A DNA stretch of 63,307 bases, counting the filler, from Klebsormidium nitens (Eukaryota > Plantae > Klebsormidiophyceae): the NCBI GenBank assembly GCA_000708835.1. It is 5 parts of 5 records of this genome, joined end to end, with 100 filler letters (N's around TTAATTAATTAA, not from the genome) between each part and the next. Parts side by side here need not be neighbours in the genome. Positions count along the whole stretch, not along the records: positions 6,805 to 27,637 come from DF237416.1; positions 27,738 to 42,810 come from DF238022.1; 3 more parts are not named here. One strand, 5' to 3'. The translations under genes were made by a program, and so were the position numbers. A model generated the notes under the pieces. The model made no database searches. It was not told where the DNA came from and worked only from the letters and a program-made list of their open reading frames with translations. This document shows, piece by piece, positions 22,875 to 37,100 of this stretch. Each line of letters begins with the position of its first letter. Position 1 is the stretch's first letter.

Positions 22875-25800
22875 TCACCGACCGCTCGTCGCCATCTCCT
22901 TCTTCGCGGTCGACGGCAGCGCCTCGATCGTGCACTTCGGCCCGTACAACCACTGTCCAACGACCGTTGCAAAGAATGCGCCGCCGAAATCTGCTTCGGT
23001 GGTGATGCCCACAAGAGAAATGCCCGGGGCCACTGCGCTGGTCGCCCCCGCCGGTGCGACCTGCCACTCCTTGCTCAGCGCGACGGGGCGACCGGGGCTG
23101 TCGGGCACCTTGCTCTCGCTGATGGCGTACACGGGGAGGCCCGGGATGACGTCACGGACAACATCGATGGCTGCCGCGTCAGTCTGCGAGGAGCAAATGG
23201 AGCGTTGAGGGGGATGGGCAATCATCGAATGGAAGCTGTCCATCCTTCAAGGAGGACGCTGCCTGCGAAGTATCACGTAGCAGCAACTTGACCGTAGTCG
23301 AAAATCGGGCGAGTACGGTGTACAAGGTGTACAAGATTGCCATAGGGTAGAATTTTGACATGGGTTTCCATGCCGTTCTTCCCGGAAACTCGATCTGACA
23401 AACCGCCTCACCCCTTGATGGCTCATCTTTTGGGCCATCACTTATGTCACAGGTCAGTTTCGGGGTGCAAAAGAGAGACTCCATCGAAGCTGCTAGAAGA
23501 GTCGGCTCAAAAGGGGAGCACAGAAATCGGTGCCTACCTGTGGGCTCGAAACAATGATGACCGCCTTCAGCTTCTTCCCCACTGCCTTTGCGCGCAGGCC
23601 CTCAGCAGCCATTTCGGCCGCCAGCCGGGGAGAGCCAGTCGTAATCTGCAGGATAGAAGAAATGCTCATCAACAGCGGTCGATATTTTGGCGTGGGATAA
23701 GGTTAGTAAACACATCAAACCAAGGATTGAAAGGGGATCTTCGGGATTGACCTTAAAGCCCGCCGGACGTCAAGCCTCAATCAATAGCCTTTGCTTCAAA
23801 CATGAGGAGTCGATCGCGTTGCCTCAAGGGACATATCATTTTCGCGCAAACTTCGCCTGCTGATGCACTCGTTTTGCTTCTACAGAAACAGCATTCGGCA
23901 GTGCTTGTCAGGATTGGTACAGCAGACAGTGGAAGAATACATGCAAGGCGTAGTTCATCGACCGCAGTATCTTGCATCAGAGCGCCCCATCTTTTAATGA
24001 GCTTCTCTTGAAGCACGCAGAGACAAACGCTGGATCTGGACCTTCCGTCAGCTTGCTATACGGCAACCAAATGTCAAGCGCTGACTTTCCCTCACCGAAA
24101 GAAACGTCACAGCTCGAAAGTGGTCTAAAACCAAAAGCTGCCTTTTTCTTTCTAGCTTCAAAACCGCCTCTGGACCCTCACCGTGGATCCGTTTGCCACC
24201 ACCCGGCCCTGTGCCGAGAACAGCAGCACAGCCGCCCACTCCTTCTCCTTCTCCTCCCCCGCCCCATTCCCATCCGCCCCAGTGATCCCCCACGTGCAGA
24301 TCCCCTGCAGGTTGCAGTCCGCCGGGAGCGTCGACCTCAGCGCAACCACCGCTTCCGCCGTGCTGCCCCAGGTGAAGTCCTCGCTTGCCAGACCAATGCG
24401 GCCCGAGCTGAGCGCAACAAAGGCGAGCGTCTGGTGCAGGGGTCCTAGGGATTGGGAGGCGGCGCGATACGCCCCCTGGAGAGCACGCGTGATCGTGGCT
24501 TCTTGGCAGAAGCTGGACCCGACGCCGAGCTGGCCGTCAGTGGGCTGCGGGGAGAAGGGAGAGGAGGTGTTGTGAGACAGTCTGTGGCCGATATGTTGCG
24601 GCCTGAAGACTGGAGACAGGGGATAGACGTATTCCTGAGAAGAAGGGCTCGACTCGGGGTTCGCCCAACACTTCGAGAATGTTGCCTTCAATCGACATCA
24701 GGTGCACAGCTCTATGTGAGTATCTTTTTGACAAGCAATTTGCAATGCTTCCTTGCGTCCTCACCTGTGGTTGCTTTTCCGCAATGTCCGTCGTCTCGAG
24801 AGGCACCAGCCCGTCCGGCAGGATGTCTGTCAGAGACACCGAGGTTTCGCTAGCAGCCTCGTCCTTGTGTGCGCTCACAACAGACTCCACTGCAGCAGCC
24901 CCGTTCTGCGCTTCCTTCTTGTCTTCAATGACCAGTGACGGGGTCACTTCTGCTTCTTCAATGACAGCCGACGCGATCACTTCCGGAACGGGCGCCTCCG
25001 CTGTATCTACAGTCACCGCTGAGGCGCTCGCTTCCGGTTTCACCAGCTCAGGCTGCTGCTTTTCTGCTTCACGCGTGACACTGGTCAAGACCACCATGGG
25101 GGCTTTGACTGCGCGCCCGTTTTCTCCTTCAGGCGCTGCCATAGGTGTGGGTGGATCGGCTGAAGCAGCTTCCGGCAAGCTGGGGGCTGGAAGCTCTGTG
25201 GGAGCAAGGGGGGCCGGGGTCGCTTCTGTCTCCGCCGCTGGAGTGCTGGCCACGATCGGATCCAGAGGAGTTGCGGTTGGTGACGAAACGGAAGGAGGGG
25301 GTGCTACAGCTTCCACAGGGGCAGGAGGGGGTGCTACAGCCGCCGGGGGTTGTGCCACACTTGCTTCGTCTGCGACCACAGGGTTTGCCGCAGCCTCTGC
25401 TGGGGGAGGGACCACCGGGGTTTCACCAGTGGGGCGGGGAGCGGCAACGGCAGCAATGATCTCAGCTGCTTGCAGGCTGTCCGTCTTGGTGTTGTCGACA
25501 GTGGAGGCAGCAAGCGGGGATGCGAACCCAGCGGCCGGAAGTGGGGGCTGTGTCTCCTCGACGGCAGCAAGCTTCTTCCCCTTCATGAGATCGTACGCGT
25601 AGGCTGCCGCTGCTGCTCCCAGAAGGGCGAGCCCCACCCCGATCGCCCAGCCTGTCTGCGGCTTGCGGGAAGGCACTGGGCAGGTGGGGGGGGGCGCCGG
25701 GCACACGCTTGCGACAATGGCCGCCTGCGGTTTGGAGTTGGCGGGGATGCGCAGCGTTTGCTGCGGGAGGATCGTGCTCTTGAAGTGCAGCTTGTTGAGC

Positions 25801-26834
25801 TTGACGAGCTCGGTCATGGACACGCCGTACCTCTCGGCGATAGTGAAGAGGCTGTCGCCTGACTGCACAACGTACTGCAGCTCTCCAGATGCTGTAATCG
25901 TGTCCAAGACCGCACCAGTCTCAGCAACGGCTGCAGGAGTGGACTGCGCCGGGACTTTGACTGGTTGACGAGGAGAGGCCTTGGAAGGAGGCGCTTTTCC
26001 TGCATAGAATGAAGCGCATCGTTATGCAGGCTCGTAACATACGGGCAAAAGAGTGTCAGCTTGCAGTGGACATCTAGACCAACTACCAAAGCAAGGCCGT
26101 CACTTGGTGTCAAGGACTGACAACAGCATACTCTTCTCAGACAACGAACCGTGCTCCAGACCTGAGCAACTGGCTGCACGTCAGCTGCTATGGTAAGCCG
26201 GATATGCTGCAGACCACTATTTGCATCTCCTCTTGGTGCCAATCTCATTCTGTTCACACAATTGCTTTCACCCTCAACATCGAACGAATGCACTGCGTTT
26301 GAATCGGAGGTCTAGTGACATACCCTTTGGTGGACAGATCCCTGGCACATCCATGCCCTTCGCCGCCCCTGCTGTTGCAACAGCCCTCAACTTTGGCACC
26401 ACGATCGTCTGCTTCGGTCGCACATAGTCGAGGGCCACACCCGGATTGAGCTCGTGCAATGTCTTGAGGTCCGTTTCATAAAGCTGCGCAATCTTGGACA
26501 TAACCTGACCCCTCTGGACAACGTGCATTTGCGTCTCAGGCTCTGCTGGTCGCCCTGCAGCCGCATTCTTGCCAAACGGCAGACTTAGGGCTGCCAATGG
26601 TGGGAATGTGGATTGGCCCAAGTCTGCGGTCATCACCACGCCCAGCTTTGCTCGGCGCTTCTGATGCCGCCAACCTGCGGCTGGAGAAGCCTCTAGTGAA
26701 GGGCCGATCCTGCACCGCTCTAGGGAGAGCAAGGTGAAACTTTCGGCAGCCTGAGATTTTAGGGTTCTGAGCTGGGGCCCAGTGCTGTGCAGACCCCCAC
26801 ATTTTGCTTGGCAGGCGACCGCAGAGGACGCCAT
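22875..26834 (-). CDS. Predicted plastid-targeted LysM-LysM-TM-(Pro/Ala/Glu linker)-FIST_N protein, ~841 aa, 5 exons
   Basis: Exons 26834-26324, 25999-24765, 24544-24182, 23645-23538, 23183-22875, all GT-AG and frame-preserving. LysM1 HVVQRGQVMSKIAQLY..LHELNP; LysM2 YVVQSGDSLFTIAERYGVSMTELVKLN..QTLRIP; TM GWAIGVGLALLGAAAAAYAY; FIST_N-like GVGSSF..RALQGAYRAASQSLG..LAFVALSS..LPADCNLQGICTWGITG. The FIST call is by pattern only. Confidence 0.7.
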
Positions 26835-27637
26835 TGGAAGGGAAGGATGGTGGATCTTACTAAAGTTTGACTCTGTTCACTCTTTGCAACAGAAATGTGC
26901 AGAGATCAAGATCCTACTCAAAGTGCAACGCGCCTGCAAGGTCCCAGCGCCCCAGCAATGTCCTAACCGATTCCCTGTGCTTTTACCATAGAACTTCGTG
27001 GTTCAAAGCTCTGCCACAACAGCGAGGCGGCACAACATTAGGTCTGGGTAGTCCAACCTTCAGACCTTCTCAAATGCAATGCAACAATGGGCCGTCCAGG
27101 GAGGATTGGGAAAGGACGCGGACGCTCCAGAACGTTGAATGGGGAAGGAGGCCTCAACTCGTGACTACCTATGCTCAGACTTCAATTTTCAATTTCAAGC
27201 TGCTCGCGTCTTCTTGATCGAACCTGCACGGTCTTCTTGAACCTGGCAGTGGCCCACATGGGACTTCAAGTTCCAGGGCCAGAAGTGGCCAGAAGTGGCC
27301 GGCAGGTGGACCGGTCAGGGTCCTCACAAATTCGACGCGCAGGCAGGTGGCCCTGGTTTGCTACTACTTTCTAAGTATGTAACTACCTAATACCCAGGTG
27401 GGTTTGTATGGTAACCGCTCCTCAATTGTGGGCGGCTGGTACGTGCACTGGTGCACCTACCGGTATGATGGACTGAAGACGGGAACCTGGAAACTGCCAG
27501 GGAAGCGTACGCGAACGTCGACGTTAAGACTGATGTGGCAGCCGCGCGCGCGTAATAATGGCGCTGCCTCGAGCTCGAACAGACGTTTTGCAGAGGCGCT
27601 ATTCTGTACTAGTACTAGTAGCCTGTGGGAACCTAGC

Positions 27638-27737
27638 NNNNNNNNNNNNNNNNNNNNNNNNNNNNNNNNNNNNNNNNNNNNTTAATTAATTAANNNNNNN
27701 NNNNNNNNNNNNNNNNNNNNNNNNNNNNNNNNNNNNN
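27638..27737. other. Artificial contig spacer
   Basis: 44 N + TTAATTAATTAA + 44 N. Confidence 0.97.
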
Positions 27738-30700
27738 ATTGTAAACTTTGTTTATGGAAACCTTCCGCACAAGATCTTGCGATTTTGATCCTGAGCGAAC
27801 AAGCGCCGTGCATTCCTTCAGAAGACCTTGCATGTGGGTCGGACTTTTTCCCAAAGCTGCCCACAGGTTACTGAAAATGCAAACAGGTGTCTGCAGCTGC
27901 TGATTCTCGAGTCATTCCACCGATGCTCAATGCACAATCTCTGTCATTGAGGCTAAATTCACAGTTCACAGGGGGCTACCTTAGGTCTTCTCTTGGTCCG
28001 CCATGATCACCGTCTCACAATCTCTCAAACTGAAAGCACAAGGTGGACCAAGCAAATGCATGCGGCTATAATGATAGCGGTCCTTTATGCGCATGCAAGA
28101 TAGCTGAAGGTTTCCACGTTAAACTTAGCATGTGGGAATATGTGAAAAGTGACATGCGGAGCATCAGAGTCTTACCGTAGATTGAAATTGGGTCTTATGA
28201 CCAACTAATACGTATAATAACAAATCACAGTAAATACAAAACAGCGCGTTGGTCAAGCCAACTCAATGTCAGATCGAATACCTTGTTGACACACGGCCAG
28301 ACAAAAGTGGACAGGGGTTTGGAGGCAAATTTGACAGAATGTATGCCACGTGGGACACGCACTGCATGCTGCATTGAAGGGTGATCATGTCAGCGAACAA
28401 ATCCAGGCCGTACGATATCGTCCGTAATCATACCATACGCTGAGCATGACGTGACCCAAATGCGGTAGTTGGATGGGTGCCCAGGCCCGCTAGAGCGACT
28501 CAATGCGACTCGTCGGCAACCCTCCAACCCTCGCCGCAGTGACCACCGTCTGTAAGGAAACCCCTGTTTAAAACCGGTTGTGGCTGAATCCTCGCCATAA
28601 ATGAAGTGCGCAACGCGGGATTTGAATCGGCAGAGTACGACGTAAGTTTTTATTAGGTAACATCAGCACTTTTTAAATGGTGCCCCGAGTACCATGATCC
28701 TCCAGGAGTTGATGACGCTTTTGGAGCTTTTCTGACAGGCGAGTGATGCGGGTTCTCAGGGAAGAGGGTGAAAGATTAATGAGAGGGTTGCGGTGATGAA
28801 TTAAACATTGAAGAAAAACTTAAGGTGGCGACGTGGTTGCCTGACAATGATCCGAAAGGATGCCTGAGCAAAGGGAACCCTAGCAGATTCTGTGTTGCTT
28901 CTGAAAAGCTGCAGAAGTAGGGCACGGTTACGTCACAAGGATCGTACCATGTATGGTCCGCCATGTATGTTCCACGTAATGTAGAGCAGTTTAACTTTGT
29001 TCAAAAGCTTTAGTCACTAAGATTCACGTGCGTGGAATCGACGGCGCGGACGGTTGGTTGGCTGCGATGCTACCGTCGATGAGAAAGAACTGTTATCCGG
29101 CGTATACCGTAGTTCGGATTTTGCAGATCCTAGACTGGCCAGGAGCCGCCTCCAGTGTGCTCCGGCGTCAAGGCACCGATGGACCCAAAGATGCACGGAG
29201 GCTGGGGCTACATACATGTAGGATATATGTGACGGTGGTTGGCGGCCCGGGGCTTGGCCGTGCGAGCTTTTCTGATAGCGATATCCGATCCACCTTGTCT
29301 CCTGACGCGTGATAAATCTCCTACCTGCTTTTAACACGGGATCTTGCGGTTGAGATAGAAGTCGAATAATTAATTCATAAAACACCGTTGCGAAAATGTT
29401 CATGATTAGGCAGCCACTGAGCAGGCAATAAATATGCAAGAACAAGAAGAAGAACAAGAACGAGAGTTGGCCGAACTTAATGTCATATGTGGAGTGCCAC
29501 AGCACCTCAAGAGTCGAACCTCACTAACGCGGCCCGCTCCGGCAATCATAATGAGATCGCCTCGGCCAACGAATTCGGACATCCGAAAGGCTATACTAGG
29601 TAGACGCCTTGCAGTACATGTGGTATCTAGGTACGACATTTCATCAGCAGGCTGGAAGGCCGCCTTCAGGGCTTCTAGAACAACAGGAAACTCAGCATTT
29701 TGCGTTCCTCACATGGTCCCTTTCACATTGCTCGATCCCAGGCCCCATGCCTCATGAGGCTCTTGGCCCTGAGTCTATGAGGAACTTCAAGGGCCATGGC
29801 CCTCAGTGGGAGGCGGTCGAGACCAGATGGTCCAGCCAACTGTGACATTGCTCATCCAGCAGTCCAGGTTCTGAATTTTTGACTTTGCGCTTAATGTCCG
29901 TGCTCAGATTCTCTTCGATCAAAGAGATTGTAGCACAGAACAGCGCGACTCGATAAGCGAAAGCTGCACCGGGGGCGCCGTCTTTCACAGTTATCCAGGA
30001 TTGCTGCAGAACGCTCAGCATAGGACTTACATTATGCTAAACTGCATTTCCTTCTTTGGCTAAACCAGGAGAACTCATCAAAGAACAGGTTCTCAGACGT
30101 GGTTGCCCTGTTGGCTGCTGGCTGCTGGCTGCTGCCATCAATCAACGACTCTAGCTGGGAGCAAACCCCAATGAAGCAAGCTAGATACAATTAGCGACAG
30201 AAACAAGGCTATCACTGATAGGCCTAGGCAGACATTATTTCAAAGCAAAGATCAATCCTCTTAGTTTTCACCACCTTTCCGCGGCACTAGACTGACACCA
30301 GTGCTTTTGAGTCCATTCTACATGAGATTTTAAATTCAGATTCAATGGACAGAGATCAGCCGTATGACAGTTCACCCAACAGGCGCAGCAGAATGGACGC
30401 ACTGCCGTTTGGCCATGCAAAGTGTTGGTCAGACGTTAGGCTCCTTCGCTTGGGTATCATGGTGAGTTGGAATTTGGCTGTCGCGCTTTCTCCTTAAGAT
30501 TGATGTATAGAAACCATCTGAAACCTGGTCAGCAGCTGGTCGTTTCAAAGTTTGTAAGAGTACCGAATTAAGTTCCCAAAGCTGTGAAACTGAATGTGGA
30601 AAACACAGCTGCTAGACGGAAAAGGAGAATCTATGCTTCTCTTAAAATCTCAGAATTGCTAAGGAGGCGCAATTGGTGTGTTAATGTGCTACAGATCAAA

Positions 30701-31136
30701 TGGAGGCAGCCTTAGAATTTTGGGGGCTGTATAGCATAAAGCCAACTTATGCGCAGCTGAAGGTCAATTGCTGTACAACTCACCACCTTCATGGCATGAT
30801 ATCCAATGTGGTTGCGTGGGACGTCTGGATGGAGTCGCACTACAGGGTTAGCGCTGTGTAGGTGGTGCTCTAGATTCAAGCTTTTGAGCTCCCAATGGAA
30901 GCTCTGCAACAATTCATTTAATTCTTCATATGCTCAGCAATCTGAGCAATCCTCATCTTCATGAACACCACACGAGCCGAAGTGGAGCATTCCAAAAATG
31001 CCTTCAGGCTACTGCATTTCCCTTGCTTTGGCCCTGAGTCATTGATTGGCACCACTTGAGGCCAACCGCTGACTTCTAAGGAGTCTGATTAATCACTCAA
31101 AGTAGACCAAAGCTGAATATCTTGACTTTTCCCCAG

Positions 31137-34100
31137 GTTCTGCTGGCAAGTCTGCTGGCCGGTACCACGACCATCACATTTCACTTCACACGCGCCGCCT
31201 CCTCGACCTACCTTTCGAGCCTGGTGCACTCCTACCAAGGAGAGATCCTTCTGCATATTTCCAGTAGCGTCTCTCAGCTGCTGGACAAGGCAGAACCATG
31301 CGGCACAAGCTTTGCGCAGTATCTTGACCTGATTCACAGCCCAGGCCTCAACCTGACAGTAGATCAAAAACAGGATCTTACAGCATCCTCCCTGAGAAAG
31401 ACGTTCCAGAGCTGCAACACAGTCTCTGGCCTGGGACTCACCACGGAGGAGGGGCCCTACGTGGTTGTCAATTCCGTTGACAATGCAACGAGCCCCTATG
31501 CTAACACAAGTCTGCTGTGGACCTTTGCAAACCAGACCCTGCCCAAGGGCCAGGCTCCCCCACGCTATGTAACGGTGAGCCAATCACAGGACGACAGGTA
31601 TACTGTTTTTGACTGCGTTTTGCCTGCGAAATTGGAGAAGCCGGAATTGACAATGGGAACCTGTGTGTACAAATGGGCCGTGCTCTTGTCTTGTCCACGC
31701 TTAAAGCTTGCAGATTGCTTGCCATGTTCGGAGCTTCGAAGGCCTTTGAACTTCTAAGGGCCGGTGCTCTACATTGAGCTCGACTTTTGGCAATAGTCCA
31801 ATTCTACCTCTCATAGAACGAGCCAGCACTTTGTGTTTTCGTCTCTTTCGTTTGTGACTTAGCACGAAGTCATCGATTTTTCGTTCAGTAGGGACCTTAC
31901 CAGCTGACTATGCGCAGAATTAATCTTAGGCAACCCAGCAACAGTGTCCATCTGTTTCAGACAAAATTGGTCAAAATTCTGGTTTTTGATCGACTGGGGC
32001 CCTTCCGAGATAATTCTCGTCACAAGGTGGTCAGTATGTTCTGCTTTCATCTAACTTGCGAGACCTGACAAATGATTCAGCTTTTAGAGGCACCTGAAAC
32101 AAAATAGCACTTGCAGTAGTCATACTTGTCTCTGTGTCTGTGCAGTATGTATCTCCAGCTGATGGAAGCTTCGTTGCCAACGTCACTCCTGACGTCCCTG
32201 TCGACATCCGCAGCCGGCTCTTCTACCGAAGAGCATTGAGTAGCCCTGATGGATTAGCGGTCCAGATACTTGTCGGGGCAACACGGCAGCCTCTTCTGGT
32301 CGTTGCCAAGCGTTACACGCTGCCAGGATCCACCATGGTTCTTGGGGTTATTTCCAGTGCGCTGTATCTGACAGCCATCGGAGACTTCGTCGAGGGGCTT
32401 GATCTGAAAGGGGGCGACATGTTTGTACTAGACGGGACGACGCTCGTTGCAGATTCGGTGCACGACTACCGCCAGGCCAATCAGTCAGGAACACCGACCT
32501 TGCTCGAAGCGAGCCAGTCGAGTAGCCCCCTCATCAGGGAAACGTTTGCACTTCTCCCGCCGCAGTTGCCTGATTGTGACAAAGGCCCAATACAAGCACG
32601 CCTCCAGGGGGGGCGCTACAGCATCGCGTGTAAAGATATAGCTTACACAGGGCTTTCGCTCAAGCTGGTGACGATTCTTCCAAGGAAGGCCGTCTATGGG
32701 AAGCTTGACGAGCAGCGGCGGGATGCCACTTACATCATCAGCTCAGTGACAGTTGGCATCTGTGGGCTGGGTTTTCTTGCTATTATATACCTGACAGACC
32801 CTATAAGTAAGGCCGTGCGGTTGAAAGCGGAGCTGCTTCGGAGTTTCGAGGCGAAGAGGCAGGCCGAGGCGAGGGAAGAGTTCAAGACAAAATTCTTCGC
32901 TAAGACCAGGTGAGCAGACTCTCTACTCTTCTCGCTCGATTCAAAGGCCATCAGGAGGTGGGAAAAGTCCTGCGGAGTTTGTTGGACGAGCTGCATTGGT
33001 CCTAGAGCGATGACATCCTGAACCTAGTATGAAACTCGCATTAACAGCTTTCTGCGGGGCCCTTTCTTAGGATGCGCCAAGAAGTGCTTCTACTCAAGCA
33101 AAGGTCTTGCTGCTTGACAAAGCAAAACATATGTTGCTTACCAAGTTCTTTGAGCCCTCTCAGGGAGCCCGCCACGTCAGCTGAGCTTGCTTAGGCAGCC
33201 TTACTCTGCAAACGCCGCTCACGAAGTATTGATGTAGCACAAAATTATGCTGCAAACCTGAGCTTCCTGGCTCGTTATGGAGAGTTCGCCTTTCTGTGCT
33301 CATTTTGCGAAGCAAACAGACTGTCTTAAGCCTATCAGAACTGAGGATGAAGGCAGAATATACTGTTTGCAGTCACGATATCCGGACTCCCTTGGCCGCG
33401 ATGTTGGGCATACTGGACATCATCTTGGAGTCAGATTTGGAAGCGGAGCAGTCAGTCCGGGTGGCTCAAGTCAAGGAGTGTACCGTCGGTCTCCTGAACC
33501 TGCTCAACGATATTCTGGATTTTAGCAAGGTGCGGATTCGCTCATCGCGCAGGGTCTGGACATTATTTGACCGAAAACGGACATTCAGTCTTGGTTTGGG
33601 CGTGTGGGTGCTTCGAACTTACATGTTTGAGTGTAGGCAATCAAGTTATATCGTCGTCTGATCTCCATGTCGATACTGTGGATCGATTGGAGAGTTGCTC
33701 ATGTGAACCGCATCGCACAGGCGTCTTGTGCATGTCTCGGACATGTTGCCACCCTGTATCGTTTTTTCTCAAGGTTTCGAAAGATCCGTACTGCGACCGG
33801 TTCTTCCTGGACAGGTCTCGGAAGCGACGCTTGGTCAGACGCCCTGTCTGCGGCGCCACTTGACCGCGTGCTGTACAACTAGGAAGTGCGATTTCTCCAT
33901 CTTCATCGCTCTCTATTTTGAATCACGTGCAGATTCAAGCTGGGCATCTGCAACTGGAGCACGTGGAATTCGACCTAAGCAATCTACTGGAGTCCTTGGT
34001 GGACGTTTTTACAGTACAGTGCACTATGAAAGGTGTCGAACTCGGTTTGGACATGCCAGGTATGTGCCTTTTAGGCATCTTTGGATCAGCCGAGGAAGTT

Positions 34101-37100
34101 TCAAAATTGTCATCTTCTCACCTTGTGTTACCCGTAACTTCCAGAGCGCGGTTGAAGGATCTGTATCTATGTTTTTCCCTGCGCTTTCAAGAGTAAAGGC
34201 AATCTTTATCTGCGTATGCTGAAGGTCAGGTTGCTAGTATGTTCATTGGATACCTTCCTCGGCATGCTGGCAACTTGAGAATTTGGAGGCTCTGGACCTC
34301 ATGTGAAGCTATGAGGTGTTGGTTACTTTACAGAGATCGTGAGCAACTTCCATAGAAGGTTTACCATCGTTAGGGAACATTAGGAGATATGGAGGAAGGC
34401 TTGAGAGGATCAAGGATACTCAGAAACGTACCAGGGGTTGAGAGGCGTGTTTTTGCGAGGTCAATCAAGTTGCCCTTACAGGAGAGATTTGTAGTCTCTT
34501 CAGGATGGAAATGAGGAATTCGCTTCGTTCTCTTACAGATCTTATCCCGCTAGTTCGTGGCGACCCTACGCGCTGTCGCCAGATCTTCATGAACCTTCTC
34601 AGCAACAGCATCAAGTTCACAAAGGTAATCTACCCTTCTTGAGCTTCGTACTACATTTGCAGAGGCTTACCACTTGCAGGGTCATTCAGCAGAATTATGA
34701 AGCATATTTGCGCAGCCTGGTGTAATTATGTCGCGCCCTCGTAAACTCTGTGAGGACAACCTTGAGTGTGCCCATAGAGATTCTTCAAATTGCTCTTGGA
34801 AATGCTGCAGCGTTGCTTCAAGCGGCCGCTGTCTCTTCGATTCAAACGGACTGCTTTAAGTTGTTAAACACATTTTTCAGTTCTGGACTAGCTCTGAAAT
34901 ACTTTGCTGTAGAAAGCAATCACAATAGGGCTAATTTCAGAATAATAGCGGCTTAAAGCACCCTCTCAAGATCGAGCACAACGGAATATTTCGAAGGCTG
35001 GAAAAGTATCGATTTTAGGGATTGATTATGTACCTTTATTACACTTGGAGCGGCTCAGTGCAATTAAGAGCAGACATCCCCAGTCCTGACCAGCGGCTCC
35101 AATTGAAGCGCTCACATGTACTTCGAGGCGGCAAGTCAACAGATGCTCGATGCAAGTCTTCTCTGCAGATTCTCAAGAGCACTGCAAAAACGTGCTGCAT
35201 TCTCAAAAACATTGACACCCTGCATCTCCCGTCTCGTCGCTTTCCTCCTGTCAATTGCAAATAAGCCGGTTTCAAACGCAACTGTCGCCTGTTCTTGGCA
35301 GGGGGGCTACATCCTCATCCGCTGCTACTTGGAAAACGACAACCAAAGCCCTCGTGACTCTCCTCGCTGGTCCATCTCGGGGCGAAGCCCCTCCCATTCC
35401 TTGACCTCCCCACTATCAGTGAGCCCACTGGTTCGTCTGCGGTTCGAACTCGAGGACTCCGGATGCGGCATTCCGCCGGAAAGGCGCGCTGTCGTTTTCC
35501 AGGACTACGCCCAGGCGGAATTGTCCACCACGCGCGAGCACGGGGGAACCGGCCTTGGCTTGGGAATCGTCAGAAATCTTGTCGAAATGATGGGGGGCTC
35601 GATCGCAATCGCCGACAAAGTCGGCCCCGGGACGCTCTTCCGCTTCGACCTCGCCCTCGCGGCCGCGCGGCCGCCCCTGCTGTCGCCGCCTATATCCCGG
35701 GGGAATCCCCCCGTGCACTTCAACGTGGTGCTCGGCATCCCGAGCTTCCTCACCCGGTCGCTCTCGGCGGCGTCCATGCGGCGGCACGGCGCGACGGTGG
35801 TGGAGGCACTGTGCTGGCGTGACGTCATCGAAGCGCTGAGCAGCCTTGCGGAGCATTCGCGGGACCCGGGGCTAGCCACCGGGCGCGCTCTCTCGCAGAG
35901 CTGGGCGTACGGCGACGCGCACCAACCGGGCGGGACACCAGCCCCGGCGATCAGAGTCCGGCGCACACAGTCCATGTTATTCCGCCGGTTTCCGTCAGCG
36001 AAACGATCACAAGCGCCGGCGGTAGTAGATCTCGAAGCAGGACAAAGTGTGCGCAGCAAGGATAGGTTCTCTGCGCCGGGGGGGGGCTTTGCGGGCGTTG
36101 AGACACCCTTCAGGCCGCGGTCGCCGCCTGCTGCCGCGGGCTGCAAGGTTGTTGACTGTGCGATCCTTGCGGTCTCCATTCTCCCGACGGACTTGACCAT
36201 GGAGGAGTTGGAGGGATACCTGGCGCAGGTTCATCATGCCCTTGGGAATTCCGGTACGACGGCTGGCCCTGTTTTTGTTATAGATTCCGGACACACCTTG
36301 CGGAGTGTGAAGATTGCAGAGCGAATCGTGCAAACTTCACGAAACTAGCTGGGTCAAACAGCGATGCCCTTCAAATTGGGGGAAGTGAGTGGTCAAAGTG
36401 GCTCCTTGGGGAACGGGCCACACATCCCGAACCGTCTTTCAGTCAGCCCTTGACCAATTTGATCTCGTGCTTTCATTCCACACGTCCCGGGTTCTGTCCT
36501 CTCATCATTTGAAATGAAGTAAGATAAAATGTATAAGCAGCAGCAAACAGTCACACAACAGTCACACAAAAGACGCTAACGGACTGGGGGCTTGCTCGAT
36601 GAAATCTCTTACTCTATTTCGTGCTGACGAGTGTGTTTATCAGTATCTGGATGCTGACCACGTTCTTGATATCTGCATCGACCTATAATTTTGCGCCGTC
36701 CTTGCTATTGTTCGACTCTCAAGGGCACTGCACGCCACGAGCTCCCCACATGCTATCAATATAGGCGAACGACCGGCCTGTGCATCGCTAAGCCTTCCGG
36801 GCTTCCGTTCGCCTTTCCTCATTGTCAGCATCCTCTTTAAAATGGCTCACCATACGTTCGCGACCTTCTTTATGGGCAGGACTTCAGGGCGGGGCGCACC
36901 TACCGGTCGCATGGGTGGTGAAGGCTTCGACGCCGGTCTGCGTCCGGGACACGCTGCGAAAGGCGGGTTTCTTGGCGATCGCCACCAAACCACTGTACGA
37001 ATCCAAGCTGCAGCGCCTGCTGCACACGATGGCCGGAACGGAACCAGGCCCAACGGCGGAACCGGGATCCCCCAAGCCGCTCGGCAGCCCGGGAGAGAGC

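Noticed and set aside
24158-24691. ORF starting MKATFSKCW as an independent gene
   Set aside because: Its first ~49 codons lie in the intron 24764-24545. A strong acceptor joins the rest in frame to the LysM exon, so it is better explained as exon 3 of that gene.
24679-25602. 307-aa plus-strand ORF and other long ORFs opposite the LysM gene
   Set aside because: Antisense shadows of a GC-rich, low-complexity coding exon; no motifs.
14645-36570. Short microsatellite-like repeats (CGTTCT x3 at ~14645, GCCAGAAGTG x2 at ~27280, TGGCTGC x3 at ~30115, ACAGTCACACA x2 at ~36547)
   Set aside because: Ordinary slippage repeats in non-coding DNA.
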